From positions 1,054,001 to 1,118,000 of the forward strand of contig JAPDFW010000081.1 of NCBI GenBank assembly GCA_028826165.1: 64,000 nucleotides of DNA, in the 5' to 3' direction. The notes beneath the pieces are model-generated. The model saw only the letters and a program-made list of their open reading frames with translations, was not told the DNA's origin and did no database searches. Positions within the stretch are counted from its first letter, which is position 1; each line of letters opens with the position of its first letter. Origin of the DNA: Anaeramoeba ignava BMAN (lineage: Eukaryota > Protista > Anaeramoebae). Of this stretch, positions 50,631 through 61,493 are shown piece by piece. Both the position numbers and the translations under genes were made by a program.

Positions 50631-52450
50631 TTACCCAGAAGTATAATTTTCATGTAAAGCAGCATTTAAAATTTGTTCTACTCTATTTAAAGGAATTAAG
50701 AAACCATTTTCATAAGAATCTGCATAATCCCTCCAATATTCATATCCATTTGTATGACAAATCCAAAAAATACTTGCATCTGCCTTGAAATATTCTTTCT
50801 TATGAAACTCAATGATAATTGGATGTGACAAGCTATAAAGAATATTATAGAAAGCTCCACCATGCAAACCAATAACAACTTTAGCGCTTGAAAAAAAACG
50901 CACCAAATCTTTGAAATCTGTGAAATTTTTATGAGTGAAAATCTTGAGTTTATCACCAAATCTATTTTGGAGATAATCTCTGATTTGTTGATCATTGAGA
51001 ACATCTCTTTTGTTATAATTATTCACTCTTGGCATATAAACAATATTTTGGGGATCATGATCCTGAAAACTCTCCCAACTCTCATTCCCCAAAATGGATT
51101 TGAGAAGAAAGTTTTTGACTTCAGGAAATTTTCTCATATTGTCCCAAGGTAAATTACAAGGAAAAAGCAGATTATCAACCTTGTAAGAATGCATATTTCG
51201 AGTGAATTCAACAGACACATTGAAATCCTTTTTAACAAACTCCCAAAATTTATAAATGATTGGATCTCTGGGTTTTGTAGTAACAATAGTCCAACCTTGA
51301 TCTTTGATCATGGGCCTGATTTGCAAGAGAACAGGAGCGCATCGGTCGATCCAATGCTGGAATTGTTCTGCCCATCGTGTGTTTCCTAAAACAAGTTTTT
51401 GGAAATGTCTTGGTTTTGTGATAAAAGGGTTTTTGAAGCTACTCAATTCAACAACAGGATTACATTCAGGTATTTTTCGGAATTTCCGATTTTGCGAAAA
51501 ACTTATATTTCCCTCCATTACTTGTGTGTAATTGTAATATATTTTCTTTTCTTTTTTATCAATTGTTTGATTGTATCTTTCTGATTCAAGTTGAATGAAT
51601 AAATCAAATGATTTTTCGTCTAAAAAATTTGGTGTATCTAATGCAAATGAATAATATTGAATTTGATAATTGATTTCGTTTTCTGATTTGATTTTTTGAG
51701 TGATTATTGGTTGTTTTCCGTAATTTTCACTATGGAAAAATCGTAAATCGTATTCTGTTTGATTTAGATATGGGTTTTCATATTGAATTAAATTATCATA
51801 AAAATGAAAATCTGTAATATTATGTTCATTTTGATCTAAATTTTAATTTTAATTTTAATTTTAATTTTAATTTTAATTTTAATTTTAATTTTAATTTTAA
51901 TTTTAATTTTAATTTTAATTTTAATTTTAATTTTAATTTTAATTTTAATTTTAATTTTAATTTTAATTTTAATTTTTAATTTTAATTTTAATTTTAATTT
52001 TAATTTTTATTTTAATTTTAATTTTGATTGTAAAGTTGAATTGTAAATTTAAATTAAATTTTTTTTTTTAATTTTGATTTTAGATTTTTGATTTTGATTT
52101 AGATTTTGATTTTAATTTTGATTTTGATTTTAATTTAATTTTAATTTTAAATTTTGATTTTAATTTAATTTTAAATTTTAATTTAAATTTTAATTTTAAT
52201 TTAGATTTGATTTTAATTTTGATTGTAAAGTTGAATTGTAAAGTTGAATTGTAAATTTAATTTTGATTTTGATTTTAATTTTAATTTTAATTTGAATTGT
52301 AAAGTTGAATTGTAAACCTGAAAAAGGAAATGATGATTGTGTTAGAAAAATAATGAAAATTGTAAATAATATTATCACAATAGAAATAATTTTTGAATCT
52401 AAACTTTCAAAAATTTTCAAAATATTTTGAATAAAATTAATTAATTTCAT
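50631..52450 (-). CDS. Type II membrane glycosyltransferase, GT61/DUF563-like; exons 52450-52318, 51835-50631
   Basis: N-terminal TM anchor; FQHWIDR, YMPR..RDVLN, FSSAKVVIGLHGGAFYNILY..IIEF motif; intron joins in frame. Confidence 0.72.
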
Positions 52451-52532
52451 TTTAAAAAGAAGAATAAAAAAGGAAAAAAATGAAAATTTTTTTTTTCATT
52501 TTTTTTTTTAAAAAATTAAAAAAATAAATAAA

Positions 52533-54810
52533 ATGGGAAGAAAAACAAAAGATAGAAGAGATATTTTTTATAGAAAAGCAAAATTAGAAGGATTTAGAGC
52601 ACGTTCAGCATTTAAACTTATGCAATTAGATGAAGAATTTAAACTTCTTTCAAATGTAGAAAGAGTTGTTGATCTTTGCGCAGCTCCTGGAAGTTGGAGT
52701 CAAGTTATAGCAAATAAAGTTTATCATTCAAGGTTTAGAATTAAATTTTAAATTAAATTGAAAAGAATTAAATTGAACAGAATTAAATTAAATTGAAAAG
52801 AATTAAATTGAAAAGAATTAAATTTTAAATTAGATTGAAAAGAATTAAATTGAAAAGAATTAAATTGAAAAGAATTAAATTTTAAATTAAATTTAAAAGA
52901 ATTAAATTTTAAATTAGATTGAAAAGAATTAAATTTTAAATTAAATTTAAAAGAATTAAATTTTAAATTGAATTGAAAAGAATTAAATTGAAAAGAATTT
53001 TTAAAAATTAAAAATAAATTAAAATTGAAAAAAGAATTAAATTGAAAAGAATTAAATTTTAAATTAAATTGAAAAGAATTAAATTTTAAATTAAATTAAA
53101 AAGAATTAAATTTTAAATTAGATTGAAAAGAATTAAATTTTAAATTGAATTGAAAAGAATTAAATTTTAAATTAAATTTTAAATTGAATTGAAAAGAATT
53201 AAATTGAAAAGAATTAAATTGAAAAGAATTAAATTGAAAAGAATTAAATTGAAAAGAATTAAATTGAAAAGAATTAAATTTTAAATTGAATTGAAAAGAA
53301 TTAAATTGAAAAGAATTAAATTAAATTTTAAATTAAATTGAAAAGAATTAAATTTTAAATTAAATTGAAAAGAATTAAATTGAAAAGAATTAAATTGAAA
53401 AGAATTAAATTTTAAATTAAATTTAAAAGAATTAAATTTTAAATTAAATTGAAAAGAATTAAATTAAAAAAATTAAATTGAAAAGAATTAAATTTTAAAT
53501 TAAATTGAAAAGAATTAAATTGAAAAGAATTAAATTTAAAATTAAATTGAAAAGAATTAAATTTTAAATTAAATTGAAAAGAATTAAATTTTAAATTAAA
53601 TTTAAAAGAATTAAATTGAAAAGAATTAAATTGAAAAGAATTAAATTTTAAATTGAATTGAAAAGAATTAAATTTTAAATTGAATTGAAAAGAATTAAAT
53701 TTTAAATTAAATTGAAAAGAATTAAATTGAAAAGAATTAAATTGAAAAGAATTAAATTTTAGATTAAATTGAAAAGAATTAAATTGAAAAGAATTAAATT
53801 GGAAAGAATTAAATTTTAAATTAAATTGAAAAGAATTAAATTTTAAATTAAATTGAAAAAAATTAAAAATTTAAAGAAATGAAGAGGAAAGAAAAAATGT
53901 AAAAATTATTGCTGTGGATATCCAGCCAATGGCTCCTTTAGAAGGCGTAAAACAAATTCAAGGTGATATCACAAAACAAAGTACTGCTGATCAAATTATT
54001 GATTTTTTTGAAGGAAAAAAAGCTGATTTAGTTGTTTCGGATGGAGCACCAGATGGTAAAACATCTCAATTCCATTTTCTAATGTTTAACCTTTAATTAA
54101 AAAGCTTTTTATTCTTTTAAATCATTTTCAAAAATTATTCACATTAGTCACCGGGTTTATATTTCATTTTCTCACAAAATTCAATACAAATAATTAATAA
54201 AACCTCAATATTTTGTTTATTCCTTTTAAGGCTTCATGATATGGACGAGTATATTCAGTCACAACTTGTTTTATCAGCGTTAAATATCGCAACAAATATT
54301 TTGAAAGAAGGTGGAAATTTTGTGGCGAAAATTTTTCGAGGAAAAGATGTCTCATTATTATATTCACAGCTTCGCATTTTCTTCCAGCATGTTTCCGTAT
54401 CAAAGCCTAAAAGCAGCAGAAATGCGAGCATTGAATCATTTGTTGTTTGCCATTCTTTCAAAATTCCCGAGAATTACACACCAACTATGACACAGCCTAT
54501 TCTTTTGCAAAATTATGATCAAGACCACCAATTAACAGGTCTTAATCGCTTTATTGCTCCCTTTCTTGCTTGTGGTAATCTTTCTCCGTTTGATTCTGAT
54601 GCTAATTATTCTCTTAATGCTAATTTGGGTGAAAAAACTCCAAATCAATCAATCCAATCAAATCAAATTAATTCAAATATTCCTCAAGAAAAAGATGAAA
54701 AATCAAAAGAGAAACCTGATGAATTATATAAATTTAAACCTCCAGTTCAAAATCCAATTTCTCCTCCTTATTCTAAAGCAATCCAAAAAAGAACTAAAAA
54801 GAAGAAATAA
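52533..54810 (+). CDS. TRM7: tRNA (C32/G34) 2'-O-methyltransferase Trm7/FTSJ1; exons 52533-52732, 53877-54055, 54148-54154, 54231-54810
   Basis: [58 protein letters not shown] (via microexon), [20 protein letters not shown]. Confidence 0.95.
52745..53865 (+). repeat. 15-bp AATTAAATTGAAAAG microsatellite (with AATTAAATTTT spacers) in TRM7 intron 1
   Basis: Directly visible tandem units. Confidence 0.9.
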
Positions 54811-54865
54811 AATTTTTCATTTTTCATTTTTTCATTTTTTCATTTTTTCATTTTTTCATTTTTTT

Positions 54866-56507
54866 ATGGATTCAAATACACAAGATTCTCAATTTCCTTT
54901 TTTGAATTTTTCTCAAAATTCTGAATGGGATCAAACTAATTTTTCCCAACAATCACTTCAATTACAATTTAGTCAAGTATTCAAATTAAATTAAAAACAA
55001 TTTTCATTTCAAATTAAAAAATTTAAAAAAAAATTTTAATAAGGATTTTGATTTGAGATCTCAACCTTCCATTCCAACAGAATATTTACTTGAATCAAGT
55101 CAAAATACTGTTATTGATCAACTTAATATTTGCTGTCTTTGTCATCTGCAACATTCACAACTTTTAAATTGTTTTGAATGTGAATATTTTCTCTTTTAGA
55201 AAAAAAAAAAAACAAACAAATTATAAACTTTTTGAAACATTTTTTGTTGTTTAGGCCAAAGAAATTTTTGTTATTCATGCGCTCAAATTACTATGGATGA
55301 AGTAAATCAAATGGATGATGATACTCTTAATTTTTGGAAATGTCCTACTTGTTTATCTTGGAAAGCTCAAGTTGAAAATCCGTTATTTTCAAATTATTGG
55401 AAAGAGAGAATTTTCCAATTAAAACAAAATACTTCATTTATTGAAAATATTTTATCAGAAATGGAACAAATGGAAATGAATAAATCATTAGCAAAAATTG
55501 TTTATGAAAATGAATCCCAAAAAAATAAATCAAATCCAAAATTGGAATCCAAATATAATCAAAAACGTTTTCGATTATTTCAAGATTCAAACACGCAAAT
55601 TCTTCAATTTTTATCCTCAAAAAATAATACTCAAAATAATTTAGCAAAAACAAGCAAAAAAAACTCCAATTCAAATATTCAAAATAAAAATGGCACAAAT
55701 CATGAACAAATGAAATTGATGCCAGAACAAGAATTTTATGAATATGTCCATAAGGAGGATATTGATAAAAGAGATAGTATTTATGCGAGAAAAGTGTTCC
55801 AAACTCTAGTTAATCAAAAAAATACAGAAAAAATCAAAATGAGAAAAAAGAAAAGAGTAAATTTGTGGAAAAGGATGATTTCAAGAAAAGAATTAAGAAA
55901 ATTATCATTGAATCCATCAAGAATTCTTTGTTCTGTTTATTTTAATGGAGCGATTCTTAATGAATTTCTCAATTCTTCTCAAGTTGTTTCAAGTCAAAAA
56001 AATTTAGACAATTCTCAAAACAATCAAGAAAATGAAAAAGAAAATCGAAATGAAAAAGAAAAAGAAAATCAAAAAGAAAATCAAAAATCGAAAATCAAAA
56101 TCAAAAATCAAAATCAAAATCAAAATCAAAATCAAAATCAAAATCAAAATCAAATTCAAAATCAAATTCAAAATCAAATTCAAATTCAAAATCAAATTCA
56201 AATTCAAAATCAAAATCAAAAGAAACAACCCCAATTAAAAAAATCAAATCAAATCAAAAAAAATAATCAAAAGAAAAAAAATGATGATAATTTCCCTTAT
56301 GAATTTGATATGCAAATTGATTATTATCAATATTATCTAGCTTTACAAAAAGAAAATAAAGATCTCAAAATTGCATTTGAAAAGTTAACAAAATCCAAAA
56401 AAAATCTTGAAGAAAAAATTGGAAATTTAGAAAAACAAAAAAATAACATTTTGAATCAAAATCAAAATCATCAACACAAAAAAAGAAAAACAAGAAGAAA
56501 GAAATGA
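54866..56507 (+). CDS. Protein with a four-CxxC PHD/ADD-like zinc finger and C-terminal coiled coil; exons ~54866-54976, 55044-55179, 55255-56507
   Basis: Spliced translation gives CCLC..CFEC..FCYSC..WKCPTC; S/Q-rich N-terminus; basic C-terminal NLS-like tail. Confidence 0.65.
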
Positions 56508-56594
56508 TTTTTTTTATATTTAAAAAAAAAATTGAAAAGAAAACAAAATTAATTTTATTTTCAATTTTTTTCATTTTTTTCATTTTTAAAAATA

Positions 56595-57386
56595 ATGGAA
56601 TTTTATGTTGTAATGTGTTTTTCTTGTAAAAAATTTCAAATTATACAAAAGAATAAAAGAAAGAAATTTGAATGTAAAATTTGTGGAGAAAAACAAAGTT
56701 TAAAACAAATTTTTGCTAGTTCTTTTTCAGCAAAAGAATTGCGAATCTATGTTCAAAAATTAAACGAAAATTCAATTAAAAAAAATCAAAAAGAAGATGA
56801 AAAAATTTTAAATCAATTCCAACAAAATCAACTTTTGGTTAAAGAATTATCTAATAAAGATGAAGGATGGGAAAATTTTCATCAATTATTAAAGGAATTA
56901 AGCGAAAGAAAACCAGAAAAAAAAAGAAATAAAAGTAAATGGGAAATAATTTTGGAAAATGAAGAAGAAGAAAGAAAAAAAGCAAAAAAAAAAGAAGAAG
57001 AAGAAGAAGAAAATCAAAATGAAAAAGATGAAAAATTTCTCAATTTTCTTCCTGATCAAAGAAGAGGAAGAAGAAAATCAAATATTAATCCAAATCAAAA
57101 AAATTCAAAAAGACAAACAAAAAGAAATATTCAAAATCAAAATCAAAATCAAAATCAAAATCAAAATCAAAATCAAAATCAATTTGAAGAAAAAATTCAA
57201 TTTGAAGAAAAAAGAATCAGAAAAAAAAATCCAAAAAATGACCAATTTAATGATCAAGTTTTTCTAACTGCTTTTGATGGAAATTATGAAACTGATTTTG
57301 AAATTGTTGAAGAATTAGATAATTCAAAAAATGAAGAACCAAAACCAAAACCAAAACAAAAATCAAAATGGGATCGTTTTCTTTGA
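56595..57386 (+). CDS. MRNIP: MRN complex-interacting protein (MRNIP/UPF0544)-like
   Basis: VMCFSCKKFQ..KFECKICGEKQSLKQIF..SAKELRIYVQKLN N-terminal domain and SKW motifs. Confidence 0.8.
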   Translation: MEFYVVMCFSCKKFQIIQKNKRKKFECKICGEKQSLKQIFASSFSAKELRIYVQKLNENSIKKNQKEDEKILNQFQQNQLLVKELSNKDEGWENFHQLLKELSERKPEKKRNKSKWEIILENEEEERKKAKKKEEEEEENQNEKDEKFLNFLPDQRRGRRKSNINPNQKNSKRQTKRNIQNQNQNQNQNQNQNQNQFEEKIQFEEKRIRKKNPKNDQFNDQVFLTAFDGNYETDFEIVEELDNSKNEEPKPKPKQKSKWDRFL

Positions 57387-57447
57387 TTTCAAAAATAAAT
57401 TCTATAAAAATTGAAAAATATTTTTTTTCATTTTTTTCTTTTCAAAA

Positions 57448-59246
57448 ATGAATGAAATTATATTTTTTGGTTTAAATAATTATCCAAAACTTATCAAAAA
57501 TAAACCAAATTCAATAACAAAACTAACTCAATTTAAATTTGAAAATGAAAATGAAAATAAAAATGAAAATGAAAATGAAAAACAAATTAAACAAATTGCT
57601 TCAGGAAATTTTTCAACAATTTTCCTTTTTAAAAATGGAAAAGCAATAGAATATTTAAATAAAAATGATTCAAAACAAAATCCTGATAAAATCCAAATTG
57701 AAGGAAATATTCAAAAAGTAACTGTTGGTTTTCAAAATGAAGCTATTTTAACAATAGAAGGAAATGTATTTGCCAAAAGGAAAAGATATTAATACAAATA
57801 ATCCAAAAGAATTTATCAATATTTCATCATTAATTGAAGATATAAATGATAGAATAATTCAAAATATTGTTTCTGGAGCTAATTCAATTTACTTATTAAC
57901 TTCAAATCAAAATGTTTATGGAATTGGTTCAAATCGTTATTGCCAACTTGGTTTTGATTCTAAAACATTTAGAAAAACAGAAAAATCCAATTTTAATGAT
58001 GAAAAATGTTTCTAAAATATTTTCAGGAATTAATTCATTAGTTGTTTTTCTTTTGAATTCAAATCAAGAATTATTTGGATGTGGTGATAATGAACACAGT
58101 AAAGTTGGATTAGGAGAATCAAGAAAAGAAATAGAAATCCAAAAATTAACCCAAATCCAAAATATTCCAAAAGGTAAAATAATTGATATTAAATGTGGAA
58201 TTGATCATTCAATAATGTTGATTGAAAATGAAAATGAAAATGAAAATCCAAAAAGAAAACTTTATTCATGTGGCTATTGTAACGTCAATGGACTTGGCAA
58301 AAATGAAAATACTTATGAATTTACTGAAATCAAATCATATTTATTTAAAAATGATAATATTCTTGAAATTTCTTGTGGATATGAACATACTTTGATTTTA
58401 ACTTCTAATTCAAAATTAATAGGATTTGGCTACAATTCTTTTGGTCAATTAGGAATTGGAAATACAAAATCTCAATTAATTCCAATTCAAATTGAACTTC
58501 CTAAATTAAGATTTAATGAAAATATTTCTAATTATCATATTTCTTGTGGAAATGAAAAATCATTTCTTTATTATTCTTCTCTTTCTTTTTCCAATCTTGA
58601 AGAAGATTTGATAAACCTATTTGAAAGAAAAGAATTTTGTGATATTTCATTTAAAACCAAAAATGGAGAAAAGATTGAAGCTCATAAATTAATATTGAAA
58701 TATAGATTAAATCAAAATGAAAATCAAATCGAAAAACTTCAAGAAATTATTTCAAAAAAATCAATTAAAGAATCAAATCAAATATTTGAAATGATTTATT
58801 CAAACAGAATTATAAATCCAAAATTATATTCTGAAATTAAAGAAATTATAAATTTAAATGAAAAAATTGAAGAAACAATGAAAAGAATTTATTTAAATGA
58901 AAATGAAAATGAAAATGAAAAAGATTTTATAATTGAAAGAAAAGAAAAACAATACAAATTTCCTAAATTAATATTAATAATGAGAAGTGAATTATATCGA
59001 GGAATGTTTTTATCTGTAACAAATGATACTTCTAATAAAGTTAAAGATTATAGTGAATTAAGTAATGAATCATTCCAAATATTTGAATATTGGATTTATT
59101 CAAATCAAATTAAAAATGATATTCAAATTACACAAGAAATAATTGATGAAATAGAAAGAGGAATTGATTATTTTCAATTAAATCAAACATATCCAAATTT
59201 ATTTGATTTATTAATTAATAAATTTAATAATCAAAATCAAAATTAA
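57448..59246 (+). CDS. RCC1-repeat + BTB-like protein, paralog 2 (extra A near 57775 and 57982; assembly error or pseudogene)
   Basis: Three overlapping ORFs collinear with the intact paralogs at 59451 and 61494. Confidence 0.8.
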
Positions 59247-59450
59247 AATTAAAATTAAAATTAAAATTAAAATTAAAATTAAAATTAAAATTAAAATTTA
59301 AAATTAAAATTAAAATCAAAATTAAAATTAAAATTAAAATCAAAATCAAAATTAAAATTAAAATCAAAATCAAAATTAAAATTAAAATTAAAATTAAAAT
59401 TAAAAATCAAAATTAAATTTCATTTTTTCATTTTTTTCATTTTATTAAAA

Positions 59451-61295
59451 ATGGATTTATATTTTTTAAAAAAAAATCAAATGAATGAAATTATATTTTT
59501 TGGAAGAAATAAATACCCAACTTTTATAAAAAATGAACCAGAAAGAATAAAAGAACCAATGAAATTTCATTTTGAAAATGAAAATGAAAAACAAAATGAA
59601 AAACAAATTAAACAAATTTCATCTTCAAATGTTTCAACAATTTTCCTTTTCAAAAATGGAAAAGCAATTAAATATTTACATCATTCAAATCAAAAACCTG
59701 AAAAAATCCAAATTGAAGAAAATATTCAAAAAGTATCTGTTGGTTCTCATAATGAAGCTATTTTAACAAAAGAAGGAAATGTATTTGCCAAAGGAAGAGA
59801 GATTAATTCAAATAATCCAAATCAATTTATCAATATTTCATCATTAATTGAAGATAAAAATGATAGAATAATTGAAGATGTTGTTTCTGGAGGCTATTCA
59901 ATTTACTTATTAACTTCAAATCAAAATGCTTATGGAATTGGTGCAAATACTGTTAGCCAACTTGGTTTTGATTCTAAAACATTTAGAAAAACAGAAAATC
60001 CAATTTTAATAATGAAAAATGTTTCTAAAATATTTTCAGGAAATACTTCAACTCATGTTTTTATTTTAAATTCAAATCAAGAATTATTCACATGCGGATA
60101 TAATTATCATGGTCAACTTGGACTAGGAAATACAAGAAAAGAAATAGAAATCCAAAAATTAACCAAAATCCAAAATATTCCAAAAGGTAAAATAATTGAT
60201 ATTAAATGTGGATTTTGGCATTCAGTAATGCTGATTGAAGATGAAGATGATGAATATCAAAATCAAAATCAAAATCAAAATCAAAATCAAAATGAAAATC
60301 CAAAAAGAAAACTTTATTCATGTGGAGGTTATTACTATAATGGACATAGTGAAACAAACGATAAAAGTGAATTTACTGAAATTCAATTATCTTTATTTGA
60401 AAATGATGATAATATTCTTGATTTTTCTGTTGGATATGATCATACTTTGATTTTAACTTACAAAAGGAAATTAATTGGATTTGGAAACAATTCTTATGGC
60501 CAATTAGGAATTGGAAATACGATTTTTCAAAGAATTCCAATTCAAATTGAACTTCCTAAATTATTATTTGATATTTCTAATTATCATCTTTCTTGTGGTA
60601 TTAATAAATCATTTATTTATTATTCTACTTCTTTTTCCAATCTTGAAGAAGATTTAATAAAATTATTTAGAAGAAAAGAATTTTGTAATATTTCATTTGA
60701 TACAATCAGTCGAGAAAAGATTGAAGCTCATAAATTAATATTGAAATATAGATTAAATCAAGATGAAAATCAAATTGAAAAACTTCAAGAAATTATTTCA
60801 AATAAATCAATTAAAGAATCAAATCAAATATTTGAAATGATTTATTCAAACAATTCCAAAATAAATCCAATATTATATTCAGAAATTAAAGAAATTATAA
60901 ATTCAAATGAAAAAATTGAAGAAACAATGAAAAGAATTTGTTTAAATGAAAATGAAAATGAAAATGAAAAAGATTTTATTATTGAAAGAAAAGAAAAGAA
61001 ATATAAATTTCCAAAATTAATATTAATAATGAGAAGTGAATTATATCGAGGAATGTTTTTATCTGTAACAAATGATACTTCTAATAAAGTTACAGATTAT
61101 AGTGAATTAAGTAATAAATCATTCCAAATATTTGAATATTGGATTTATTCAAATCAAATTAAAAATGGAATTCAAATTACACAAGAAATAATTGAAGAAT
61201 TAGAAACTGGAATTGATTATTTTCAATTAAATCAAACAAATCCAAATTTATTTGATTTATTAATTAACAAATTTCAAAAACAAAAACAAAATTAA
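59451..61295 (+). CDS. RCC1-repeat + BTB-like protein, paralog 3 (intact)
   Basis: Single ORF with RCC1 repeats and BTB-like C-terminus; true start may be the second Met at 59481. Confidence 0.92.
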   Translation: MDLYFLKKNQMNEIIFFGRNKYPTFIKNEPERIKEPMKFHFENENEKQNEKQIKQISSSNVSTIFLFKNGKAIKYLHHSNQKPEKIQIEENIQKVSVGSHNEAILTKEGNVFAKGREINSNNPNQFINISSLIEDKNDRIIEDVVSGGYSIYLLTSNQNAYGIGANTVSQLGFDSKTFRKTENPILIMKNVSKIFSGNTSTHVFILNSNQELFTCGYNYHGQLGLGNTRKEIEIQKLTKIQNIPKGKIIDIKCGFWHSVMLIEDEDDEYQNQNQNQNQNQNENPKRKLYSCGGYYYNGHSETNDKSEFTEIQLSLFENDDNILDFSVGYDHTLILTYKRKLIGFGNNSYGQLGIGNTIFQRIPIQIELPKLLFDISNYHLSCGINKSFIYYSTSFSNLEEDLIKLFRRKEFCNISFDTISREKIEAHKLILKYRLNQDENQIEKLQEIISNKSIKESNQIFEMIYSNNSKINPILYSEIKEIINSNEKIEETMKRICLNENENENEKDFIIERKEKKYKFPKLILIMRSELYRGMFLSVTNDTSNKVTDYSELSNKSFQIFEYWIYSNQIKNGIQITQEIIEELETGIDYFQLNQTNPNLFDLLINKFQKQKQN

Positions 61296-61493
61296 AATTA
61301 AAAATTAAAATCAAAATCAAAAATAAAATTAAAATTAAATTCAAAATTAAAATTAAAATTAAAATCAAAATTAAAATTAAAATTAAAATTAAAATTAAAA
61401 TTAAAATTAAAATTAAAATTAAAATTAAAATTAAAATTAAAAATTAAAATTAAAATTCCAAAAATCATTTTTTCATTTTTTTTCTTTTCAAAA

